Positions 1 to 10,704 of a DNA stretch of 64,000 nt are shown in pieces (within the stretch, counting starts at the first letter, position 1; every line of letters begins with the position of its first letter). Under the pieces are notes generated by a model that had not been told where the DNA came from, did not search any database, and worked only from the letters and a program-made list of their open reading frames with translations. The DNA comes from Octopus sinensis (taxonomy: Eukaryota). Both the position numbers and the translations under genes were made by a program. The stretch lies in assembly GCF_006345805.1 (NCBI RefSeq), contig NC_043006.1, forward strand, positions 88,660,001-88,724,000, read 5' to 3'.

Positions 1-348
1 CGCCCGGCAAACCGTGACGCTTAAGATGCATGCTGATTGGTCAAAACCGTATTCGAAAAATTCAGCTTGTCGGAGCCTTCTAAAAGGTATAAAAAGGGAG
101 AAGTCAGTCATTTTGCTACATTTGTCAAGGACTCAACCCAAATGTCAGTTAATACATTTTAAAATCTGATGATTACTACGAACGTATGAAAGCATTAATT
201 GAACTGTATGAACTTTACTGAATGTTTTTTAATGTTTAACACATTTCAGCATTGTGAATTTTTTTTTAAATACAATAATAAAAACCGTGAAAGCCAGACC
301 ATGTTGTAACTTTATTCAACTGACATATTTTTCTATACACACTTACAC
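1..348 (+). promoter_or_regulatory. Pol II core-promoter-like segment, possibly an LTR or PLE pseudo-LTR remnant
   Basis: ATTGG (reverse CCAAT) 36-40, TATAAAAA 88-95, TCAGTC Inr-like 104-109, AATAAA 277-282; no downstream ORF; left end cut by the window. Confidence 0.35.
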
Positions 349-360
349 AAATACGGAAAT

Positions 361-398
<38 letters not shown>

Positions 399-399
<1 letters not shown>

Positions 400-461
400 A
401 AGGCAGTGCTCCAGCATGGCCGCAGTCAAATGACTGAAACAAGTAAAAGAGTAAAAGAGTA
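399..461 (+). mobile_element. 3' tail of tRNA-SINE family B
   Basis: ccagcatggccgcagtcaaatgactgaaacaagtaaaaga matches the 3' ends at 19350-19385, 27105-27135 and 32693-32735. Confidence 0.6.
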
Positions 462-637
462 GGATGGTCATGGTTGAAATGTCTTTGATTGTAGATCTAC
501 TCAATCTGAGCTAACCTATGATGAAAATTGTCCCAGATGTGACCATCCCAATTTTTGAATATCAGAGAGTAATATTGTCCAGTGTCTCTTTTCAACAATG
601 TTGGATTATCATAGCAATCTCTCTTTTTACTTATACA

Positions 638-696
<59 letters not shown>

Positions 697-700
<4 letters not shown>

Positions 701-900
701 GTGACCGCGTGTGTATTGTTGGCGATTTTTTCCTCCGTCTTCCCTTCCTTGGATCTTTCTTTTCCTCTGTTTCTGACGAAGAGCTCCACCCGAAACGTTA
801 AATCCTCCTTCTTTCTTTCCTTTCCTGAGCGTCCAATAACACTATACTTGTTCCACGTCCTCGCTTTGTTGTGTTTTCTCTTTGTGTTTAATGTTTGGAT

Positions 901-903
<3 letters not shown>
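697..903 (+). mobile_element. Solo Penelope-like pseudo-LTR between (AT)n tracts
   Basis: ~200-bp segment bounded by (AT)n on both sides and carrying a CTGACGA...CGAAACG hammerhead motif typical of PLE termini. Confidence 0.55.
769..803 (+). ncRNA. Minimal type I hammerhead ribozyme (stem II damaged)
   Basis: GTTT-CTGACGA-A-GAGCTCCACCC-GAAA-CGT-T-AAAT: intact core, palindromic stem III (ACGT), GUU site, stem I GTTT/AAAT; only 2 of 4 stem II pairs remain. Confidence 0.55.
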
Positions 904-937
<34 letters not shown>

Positions 938-967
938 CATTATTTTAAATACACAAACAGGAAATAA

Positions 968-1735
968 ATAGCGTATAACGTTTATTGAGTGCAAAAAACG
1001 GACGGAAGAGAGGCACAAAAGGTCCCTATTTCTTCATCAGTTATCAACCAGACGGTATTCCTCAGTTTCGCACCATTAATGGTAAGACTGATGGTATGGG
1101 CTTCCCATGCTTGCGGAAAATGAATGAATGTAATTTAAGGCAATGGACGAAGGACAAAGACGAAATAAATAAGAAACGAGCAAAATATAGCCTCAGAAAC
1201 AAAAAGACACGAATCGCGGGTAACGTTTAAGGATTAGAAAAAGATTAGAAAAACAACAAATAGGAAGACATGTGCAAGTGGGACACAGAGAATTTAGGAC
1301 CGGTTAGCTACGCGACCGGTGTAAAAAGGGGGCAGAAAGAAAGGCTGGTCACGGTCACGTATCAGCAGCAGACAGAAGAGAAAGAGGTCAAGAGAGAGGG
1401 GAGAGAGTGACAGAGACAAAACAAGGGAAGGGATGAAGGGGGAAAAGGAGAAACCAGAAAAGCTAGAAATAGAATTAAGAGGGCTAGAGAAAGGAAGATG
1501 AAGATAGAAAAAAGAAGAAAGAGGAAAGGCTAGAAGTAGAGTCGCACGGATATATAAAAATAACTTACTGTTAATAAAAGACAGGGTGCGTTGCGTTCCG
1601 TTACTTAATAAATGAAAACATGGATTGTAAATAAACGGCATAACGTATACTGAGTGTACAAACGGACGGAAGACAGACGCAGAAGGTCCCTAATTCTTCA
1701 TCAGTTATCAACCAGATGGTATTACTCAGTTTCAA
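968..1735 (+). mobile_element. ORF-less element with ~100-bp direct repeats ~668 bp apart
   Basis: 968-1070 is similar to 1636-1735; interior has a purine-rich tract, TATATAAAAA ~1551-1560 and AATAAA motifs. Confidence 0.45.
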
Positions 1736-1989
1736 GAAAAAAAAACAATTTGTGACGTACCCGTGACGTAGATAAAATAACGTAACTAAGTTTGTATTAC
1801 AGATTTGATCTGAGGATTCATAACCAAAGCACCTTATCCACCTGATCACATCTCCCACTTACATCGCATGAAATTAATTACTCAAAATATGAATCTCAAA
1901 CAGGATCGTTGAACAGAACTGTTACTACCAACACCAAAGTCTACATTGTTATCACCACCGCTACCATTATCGTCATAGTCCTCATCACC

Positions 1990-2314
1990 GTGAGGGCGCG
2001 TGGCTTAGTGGTTAGGGCATTCGGCTCATGATCGTAAGGTTGTGAGTTCGATTCCCAGCGACGCGTTGTGTCCTTGAGCAAGACACTTTATTTCACGTTG
2101 CTCCAGTCCACTCAGCTGGCAAAAATGAGTTGTACTTGTATTTCAAAGGGTCAGCCTTGTCACTCTCTGTGTCACGCTGATTATCCCCGAGAACTACGTT
2201 AAGGGTACACGTGTCTGTGGAATGCTCAGCCATTTGCACGTTAATTTCACGAGCAAGCTGTTCCGTTGATCGTATCAGCTGGGACCCTCGTCGTCGTAAC
2301 CGGCGGAGTCTTTA
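1990..2314 (+). mobile_element. tRNA-derived SINE family A, full length with TSD
   Basis: A box TGGCTTAGTGG 2001-2011, B box GTTCGATTCC 2046-2055, CORE-like tgtgtccttgagcaagacactt; 13-bp TSD AGTCCTCATCACC at 1977-1989 and 2315-2327. Confidence 0.9.
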
Positions 2315-2394
2315 AGTCCTCATCACCAGAGGTAATAAATTCATTGCTATTTCATCTTTAGGATTTATATTTCTATATCATTATCACAATTAAC

Positions 2395-2890
2395 TCAGTT
2401 ATTATAATCATCATCATCATCATCATCACAATAGACAGCTGTTCTATTACTTTGCTGCTGTCAGTAGCCATGCCTTGTCGTGTCATACCACCGCATTTTT
2501 CTTTGTGTTACTCCTCCTCTTCTTCCTTTTCATCCACTTCCTCTTTCCCCTCCTCTTCGGCCTCAGCCTCTTCCTCTTCCTCTTTCTCTTCATCATCATC
2601 ATCGTCATAATCAACATTATCTCTATTAATGTCATTTAAGTAATTATTGTAACTACCACCATTGCCCTCGCCACTACAATAACAATCCACCTCCGTTCTT
2701 ATTTTCTTCTACATCGTAAATAATACCACTAACACCATAAGCAGCATCAAAACCAGCAGCAGCTGCAACAGCAACATTAACTACTTCAACATAAGTATTG
2801 TTATCATCGTGATATTGTAAACCAGTCAAAGATAAGATACTAAAAACAATAACAACACTAACAAGTATAATTGGCTCCTTCTTCAATTAG
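2395..2890. repeat. Mixed trinucleotide low-complexity tract
   Basis: (CAT)n, (TCT/TCC)n and (CAA/CAG)n runs; the acidic minus-strand ORFs are repeat translations. Confidence 0.7.
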
Positions 2891-3273
2891 TTTAAAATAT
2901 TCATTAGAAAATACATTAGTAGACAGAAAAAGAGAGGACATAATTCTTGTATCTATACTTAGTTTAAAACATAATGATATAATCTCGGAACAATATCGGC
3001 TTAACTGTTAATTAAGAAATTTTGAAACCTTTTCAGTTAATAGCTAAAGGAAGGTTAGAAGTGTTAAAACGCAAAAATACTAGGAATTATCCACGAATGT
3101 TTATGTTAAGTGTGATTAAAGAAAAAAGTGCCAGTTCTTTTAATTTCTGCTGCAGACCCTGCCTCTCGACACAAAACACTGTCTTGTATCTACCAGCAAT
3201 TATCTGCGAAAAGATACTGTGGTCTTACCTACTTACTATATGCTAAACAAACTCGCAATCACTTATATATATA

Positions 3274-3344
<71 letters not shown>

Positions 3345-3477
3345 AGGTATTAGGATCCAGAATACGTTAGGTGGCAGGTAACGTTATGTAGGTGCTATGG
3401 AAGGACCATAGTTAAACTCTTGGTTCGATAAGGATACGAGTGAGGAGTCTAATGCGGGTCCTGTATGAGCATGTATA

Positions 3478-4300
3478 TGTTAAATAAAATGAAGCAACAA
3501 AGCCGAAGCTATGCGGAATTTTCAGGACATTTATAAGAGAAAGTTAGTATTACAGCTGTTTATCGAGTATTAGAGATATCTTTTCATCGGAAACGATGTG
3601 AGATGGTTAAATAGAGGGAAATAGAGTTCAATATAAGGAGATATGTTGGAAAAGAAGGAAATAAAGTGTATAGAGGGAAATAGGAGAATGAATGTAGAAA
3701 TAAAAATTAAAATATATAAAGATGTTATAGTTGCAGTTTCATTATCTAAAGAAAGTGGTGTATAGAAGTGGTAGAAATGCTTCTTGTCCGTGGTATATAA
3801 ATTCCAAATGGAGTTCATATTTTTTCATTAAAAATGGAAAGTGTGGAGACGTAGATTCCATGTGCTGTTCATTCAAAGGGTTCTTGTAGTGTGAATGAAA
3901 ATTTGAAAATGTAGTGATATTATTAAGTGAATAGAGAGGAGAGAAGATATGTGTATGCTAAAATGGGGAAATTGGTCAAAAGGAAAAGATGAGAAAAGAA
4001 GAAGGAAAGAAAGAGGAAGAGAAAATGAGAACAAGAAGAGAAAATGAGAAAAAAGAGTGAAAGAAAGTGGAAAAAGCGAAAAAATGAGTGTCAGTTGGTG
4101 GTCAGGATATCATGAGGGGTGATGGAAGAGGAATGTCAGTAATGAATATGTGTAAGGTGTGTGAGATCGGGTGATATGTTAGAATGGCACCAAGAGTTGG
4201 GAACAGAAAAAGGTAAAGGAGGGGGCTTTCTAAACTGTGTAGTAAACCTCAAAATGGAAGGGAGGAATACTAAGAATGGTCAAGTTTCTATAAATAGTCA
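3478..4300 (-). mobile_element. Decayed PLE 3' end (GIY-YIG tail plus pseudo-LTR)
   Basis: Minus translation near 3820-3870 NSTWNLRLHTFHF**KNMN resembles the PLE C-terminal E..WI..L.T..P.GLN motif; downstream degenerate HHR with palindromic ACAGCTGT-A at ~3551-3590. Confidence 0.5.
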
Positions 4301-4507
4301 TATGTGTTTATTCTACTGGCTAATGTGATAGTGTGGGTAGAGGAATCAGAGAGAAAGAAAGAAAGAAAGAAGTGTATATTGATATACGCACGCGCGCACA
4401 CGTACATATATGTGTGTGTGCATGCACTATTATATAGGCCTGCTTATTTGTGTATTTAAACCCGTATGCATGTATGCACACACACACATTCCTAAAAATA
4501 TATGCAT

Positions 4508-4826
4508 ATTGGAATTTATATACCACGGACAAGAAGCATTTCTACCACTTCTATACATCACTTTCCTTGGATAATGAAACTGCAACTATAACATCTTTAT
4601 ATATCTTAATTTTTATTTCTACATTCATTCTCCTATTTCCCTCTATACGCTTTATTTCCTTCCTTTTCCAAAATAATTCCTTATATTGAACTCTAATATT
4701 TCCCACTATTTAACCATCTCACAAAGTCTCTGATGAAGGGATATCCCTAATATCCCAGGAACAATTCTTTATAAATGTCCTGAAAATTCCACACAGCCTT
4801 GGCTTTGTTGTCTCATTTTATTTAAC
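4508..4826 (+). mobile_element. Inverted copy of the 3478-3812 pseudo-LTR, with HHR remnant
   Basis: Reverse complement of 3478-3812 (ORF track shares WNLYTTDKKHFYHFYT...); CTGATGA-A-GGGATAT-ccta-ATATCCC at 4730-4756, GAAA broken to GGAA. Confidence 0.6.
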
Positions 4827-4855
4827 ACACACACACACACACACACATATATGTA

Positions 4856-4914
<59 letters not shown>

Positions 4915-4919
<5 letters not shown>

Positions 4920-5770
4920 TTCACTGTATCTGCGTGTGTGCGTGTGTGTTTCCTCTATGCACGGCCAGACCGCTGGATCAATCTGTGCCAAATTTGGCAT
5001 GAATGTTTTTCATCACTTGGGGAAGGTTCTATGGGTGGGGCAAATTTTGGCCCTTGCCATTTATGGGGCTGTAGCTCTGGCTTCCCTTTTTTTTCAGCAG
5101 ATTCCTATGTTTTCGATGACAGATTAAGAATAAGCAAAAGACCATGTTTTCAAAATTTTAAATTCCCCCTCACCCTAAATTTTAGATTTTTAACTTTTTT
5201 GAAAATTGTCTATTTTTTTTTCAATCTACGTGGAAAAATACAGAGATTAAGAATACGGAAAAGACCATTTTTAATTTCAAATTTTCAATGAAGAACTCCA
5301 AAATTAATATTTACACCCCTCGCCACCCCATCCCGTTGCCTAACACTGAATATAAACGGCTAAAAATAACAGCTAAATGTCTGAAAAATTTCTGTGTTTG
5401 TGTGTGCGTGCGTGCAACAACTTCTACAGTTTATGCGAATGAACAAAGTAAACAGAAATATGTTTTATATACCTGTTGTATACGTCGGTTTTGTTGTTTT
5501 TTTCACTTTAAAGTTAAACGATTCTAATAGAAGCAAACACGATATTGAATAATTCTCCATCATACACCTACGACCCACCTTTTTTCTTTGTAAGGTAAAG
5601 ATAAACGCTTTCTAATTGTGATAGTGAAACAATTGTTTTAGTTCTTACCGTCAAAATTATTTTTTCTTGCAAAAGAGAGGGTGGCATTTGAAGAGAGAAT
5701 ATGTTGTTACTAAAAACGTTAAAACATTACTAAGTTCATCGATCTGTCACTGAACGAGGATTTTAATTTC
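4915..5770. mobile_element. Possible non-autonomous Helitron/HINE-like DNA element
   Basis: Starts after (AT)n with (GT)n then accgctggatcaatctgtgccaaatttggcatg, a layout common in HINE-type elements; termini unresolved. Confidence 0.3.
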
Positions 5771-5987
5771 ATTTGATACTCACTTCTCTATCATTTATAT
5801 GGAGAATTAAAAACATGGCATATAAACATAATTTATTTTCATACACATTTTATGAGTACATTTCCGTAAATGTTTTTCTTGCGCACCGCACCCCCACAAA
5901 CACACATACACCTGCATATATACTTACGTGGATACACATGGATGAAGTCCCATTTTGCAAGTATGTTAAGATTTTTATGATTTATAG

Positions 5988-6102
5988 GCGTGGCTGTGTG
6001 TCGAGAAGCTTGCTTTCCAAGCATGTCGCCTTGGGTTCAGTCCCACTGTGCGGCATGTTGACCTATTCTCTTTCATTACAGCTCTGTGCCGACCAAAGCC
6101 TT
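5988..6102 (+). mobile_element. 5' fragment of SINE family B
   Basis: ggcgtggctgtgtg...gcttgcttt...gggttcagtcccactg matches the head at 19012-19090. Confidence 0.6.
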
Positions 6103-6171
6103 TAGTATTACATAATTGCCTTTACTGTAGTGATATATAAAATAACACATGGAACTCATTTATTGTTGTCA

Positions 6172-6930
6172 TCCATCTATATATATAAAATTTGTTGTCT
6201 CTCTGGCTGTCTGTCACAATGCATTCTCGAACGGCTCCACCAAATCGAATCAAATTTTATCAGACCCCACGCGTGTCAAAATGTTTTTTTTTTCATTTCC
6301 ATTAAAGCAATATAACCTTTTATAGAGATAAGCTTTCTATAGTCAAATACAGTACAGGATATTTTATATCATGGTGATGACAACGTCACATTTTGTATAT
6401 GTGCATGTGTCTGTCAGTGTATGAGTGTGTGTGTATGTTTCCGCGTTCGACGTCACATTTTGTATTTGAGTGTCTATGTATGTGTAAGTGTATGTGTGTG
6501 TAAGTGTATGGGTGTGTATGTGTTTGAGTGTGTATGGGTGTTTCCGCATTAATCTTTCTATAGTCAACTATAGTACAGAATATTTTATATGAGTGTGTCT
6601 GTGTGTTTGCGCATTCGATACACAACCACGACATCACATTTTGTATATGAGTGTGTATGTGTCTGTGAATGTATGTGTGGGTGTATGAGTGTGTATGTCT
6701 CTCTGACTGTGTGTGTGCTTCCGCGTTAGGTACGTTATTAAACATGTATAGGCATCTACACATACATATAAACATGTGACGACTGACATGCGTGAATGCA
6801 TGTCTTTTTATGTCTCTCTTACTATGTGAGAGTGTATGTGTGTGTATCGTCACATTTTGTATATGAGTGTGTATGTGTCTGTGAGTGTGTGAATCATCGC
6901 AGCAATTGCAAGGTTGCAAGCTACTTAGAA
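6172..6930 (+). mobile_element. Non-autonomous Helitron-like element with internal minisatellite
   Basis: 5' TCTATATATATAAAA; internal ~220-bp duplication and repeated cacattttgtat...; 3' cgcagcaattgcaaggttgcaagcta hairpin-like end. Confidence 0.4.
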
Positions 6931-7249
6931 TTTGCTTATATTTGGTTAATTTACACATTATACAAAATACAGACATACCACATACATACAACTGCTTACA
7001 AAAATAGAGATTAATGTAGATTTTTTTCTATGTTCATAATTTGTGGTTTAAAATATTGAAAATATTATGTCACCAAAGAAAAAAAACGTAATCTCTCCAG
7101 AAACACTTTTAAACAAAGAGGAACGTCTCAAGAGATAAGGGACATGAGATCTTTTATGTGGTTAGACGATTTAGCTAATAACAACAAACCTTACGGTAAA
7201 CCAAAAAGCAGTACTCTGTTGAAGCTATAGGCCTTTATGGATCAGAAAT

Positions 7250-7754
7250 AAACTAACAGCGGTACTCAGTAGAATGCTTAATGCTAGCTAATTAGCAAAT
7301 AATCTAATGTAAAAGCCGTGCACACCTCCATCTGGACTATTCCATTTCTGCACTTAAATTTTATTTTTTATTTATTCCCATTCATGTGAAACCACTTATT
7401 CAAGTTCAAGTCATTGATGCAACTTTATACCAATTGCTATTTTTATTTTTGTTATGTTACGATAATATTATACTTTAGTTTGATTTTAATTATTACTTAC
7501 TACATATAATTCAATTGTTATTATTTTTATTGTTAAAGTGAAAGCATCTGACAGAAAATAGAGAAATGTTTTTGTTTCACTTTTAACACGTAATACTGAA
7601 ATAGTGGAGAAGATATGATATTGCTATGGGCAAGAAGTTGAACATTTATTTTGCCCATGAAACTACATGGACCCTAAGTAATGCATGTGTAAAATTTGAA
7701 TGAAATTGGTTGTGTAGTTCTCAAGTTTTAGGGAAACACACAGACAGACAGACA

Positions 7755-7803
<49 letters not shown>

Positions 7804-7827
7804 TCTCAGTTTTATGTATATAAAGAT
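7250..7827 (-). mobile_element. Non-autonomous Helitron/HINE-like element
   Basis: Minus 5' atctttatatacataaaa-(TG)n-(TGTC)n-...accaatttcattcaaatttt; possible 3' gtaccgctgttagt near 7253. Confidence 0.35.
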
Positions 7828-8565
7828 TGTATCATTTTCACCTTAAAAGGTATTTTTCACATGCTGGCCACTGATAAAATTGTTTAATAAAATTTTATCC
7901 TTATATTAAAAGTAAATTAATTCTCATTCACTTCGGGACTGGTAACCACTTATGTGCGTTTCCTGACCGATTACACTTGTGCCGAGGCTTGCTACGGAAT
8001 TACGATTTGGTTATATTTGGGGTACTTAAATGTATTCATGACTATGCATTTGCTTTTCCGTGGGTATGTCTAAGTATTTCATTTATTTTCATTTTGCGTC
8101 TGTTTTTCAACATAATGGCAGATAAAGTTAAATAGCAAAGAATACTAGTGGGTGATACTTACAAACTCTATAAAATTTCTTGCAAAAAATAAAAAGGTTA
8201 ATCATAGAAGCCGTAGTGACTTCCATGAATAAGCTTCATATCAAATATCAATGACAAAAGAGTCATGCAGACAAAACACGCACAGAAGTCACACATGAAC
8301 ATGTCTGGAAAATAGTCGTGTTTCCAATAAGATGCTAGGAGCAGAGTCAGATTCTTTGAGAGAAATTGAAGATGGTTTCTCGGTATTAGCTTTAAGTAAT
8401 GTAGAGATGAGTGAAGCTATTATTAAAAAATATATAAAATGTTTTTAATGCTACTTTCTTTCGTTTACATACGTACATATATACATACATACATGCATAC
8501 ATACGTACATACATATATGCATGCATGTCTGCTTATATGCAAGCATACATAAATACATACATAGA

Positions 8566-8597
<32 letters not shown>

Positions 8598-8672
8598 CAC
8601 ATACATACATGCATGCATAGATAAATAGATAGATATTTGGCGACGTTACAACTGTATATATATATATATATA

Positions 8673-9811
8673 TTGGGTCGTCCCAATATATATTGCATGA
8701 ACTAAAAGTCGGAGAGGGACAGGAAAAACTACCTGCATCAACTTGCCATAAAAACAGGTAGTAATTTTACCTTTTATTCTTAGTGCAAGTTTTGAAAAGT
8801 GCAATTAAATATTACCAGTTATTTTTTCAAACCTATAATGGAAGAGACAAAGAAGCATATCGGTATATTTTGCTTTATGAGTTCAATAAAAGCAACAATG
8901 AAACGGAAAGTGCGAGGAATATTAATGCAGTAGATGGGGATTGGACAATATGCGTAATCCGGTGTCAACTGTCGTTCCAGAAATTCCGAGCCGGAAACTA
9001 CAGCCTAGAAGATGAGCCTCGTACTGGATGATCTGTAGAGTTCGACATAGACATTCTGCAAACCCGAGGGGGGTGTCAAAATCCTATCGTAATTATTGAG
9101 GAACTAGCAGAGATGCTTGGATTTGATCATTCAACCATCCATCGACACCTGAGTGCCATCGGAAACGTCAGCAAATCGGGTCAATGGGTTCCTCACAAAC
9201 TTTCCCAGTCTTATCGTGCGCAGAGAGAGAATGCGTGCTCTCCATTGCTGTCACGCCTCACGAATGAACCTTTTATTTTCGGCCGAATAGTGACTGGTGA
9301 CGAGAAATAGGTTCTCTATAAAAATGTCAAGCGCCTAAGACAGTGGGTATGAAAAGGTGAAACACCGGCACGCCAGACTAAAGAAGGTCTTCACCCACGT
9401 AAAATGTCGTTATCTCTTTGCTTGGACATGAAAGGTTTAGTCCACTTTGAACGCTTAAACCCAAACCAAACGATAACAAAGGAGAGATCTACTGTGAGCA
9501 GCTTGAACGGCTTAAATCAGCACTAGAAGAAAAACGATTATATTTGGTTTCAAGACGAATGGTGTTCTTCCATCAGGATAATGCTCGGCCACATACAGTG
9601 AGGATGACCTTCCAAAAGCTGGGGCAGTTTGAATGGAAAATGATGCTCCACCCACCATATTCGCTGGACATTACCCCATCCGATCATCATTTAGATAAAA
9701 AACTATATTTTAGATTAAATATAATTTAGATTAAAAAAGAACTGTGTTTATCTTAATTTTTAAAAAAATATAAGTATTTAAAAATACCGCAATATTTATG
9801 GGATGACCCAA
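8673..9811 (+). mobile_element. Mariner (DD34D) transposon, decayed
   Basis: TIRs ttgggtcgtccc.../...gggatgacccaa flanked by TA; fragments WVPHKL, RIVTGDEK, FFHQDNARPH, HPPYSLDITPSDHHL; multiple stops and frameshifts. Confidence 0.9.
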
Positions 9812-10704
9812 TATATATATTGAATATAATACTATACGCTGAATACTGTGTGAATTGAGATCCTAGTTGACAGGTTATTAATAATTCATTATAAATATTT
9901 ATTTTAAATTTAGTCATTTAGGCAATCGAAGTTGATGTCACTTTGACATAGAAATTAGCACAACTGACGAGTTTGAAGCAGACGCGTCGATAGGACCCGC
10001 AGGTGATGTTACAACTTTTGTTTTCTTCTGTACTATGGTACTAGTGGTAGCCCTGAGTCACCTGCCTAATCTTTTCCATTTAAAGCATCCATCCATAGAT
10101 GAACTCTATTGGTTTCTAGTGGCAGTTGTGGACAATCGTAGTTGTGGTGTTTATGTACATTTCTCAAGAGCATTAAATGAATCCATCTAGTAACTGTAAA
10201 CAAAGAACTGAAACTGGAATACATGCCTCCTTATATGTGCTACAGAACTCGTCTTATCATAAATTTTTTTATAACTGTACTCTTTTTAAGTTGTGTGTTT
10301 TACATATGTTTTTATGAATTTTATATTTCGCATATTACAGCAATGTTTTCTTTTTTTGCTTAAGCATTTTAACATTTGATATATTTTTATATTTTTATAC
10401 GCTGAATACTTTTTTGTTTTCCTTTTTTTTTTGTTTCTAGCTATCTTATTTTATTTTTCAATTAAAAGTATTTTTACTTAAGTTAATGTTGTAATGTAAT
10501 TTGTTACGTACAATAAATAAGATAACCAGAAAACAGCAAAAACAATGTAATGAACTAACAAATCTCTTTATGAAACAACAATCATTATTCCAGGTGAACT
10601 AACTAACAGACACCTTCCGACTTCCCTGCGAACTAACTCGAATTTCACTCGACTCCGAACTATTTTCTATATTATGAGCACATTGGCTCTACAAAGAAGG
10701 GACG

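Noticed and set aside
1992-2065. tRNA gene
   Set aside because: A and B boxes continue into a SINE body with TSD; no acceptor stem
2508-2886. Acidic and hydrophobic minus-strand ORFs
   Set aside because: Low-complexity trinucleotide tract with no domain motifs or splice context
9960-9995. CTGACGA-GTTTG-aag-CAGAC-GCGTC hammerhead-like motif
   Set aside because: Good stem II but GAAA is absent and stem I does not pair; at best a deleted remnant
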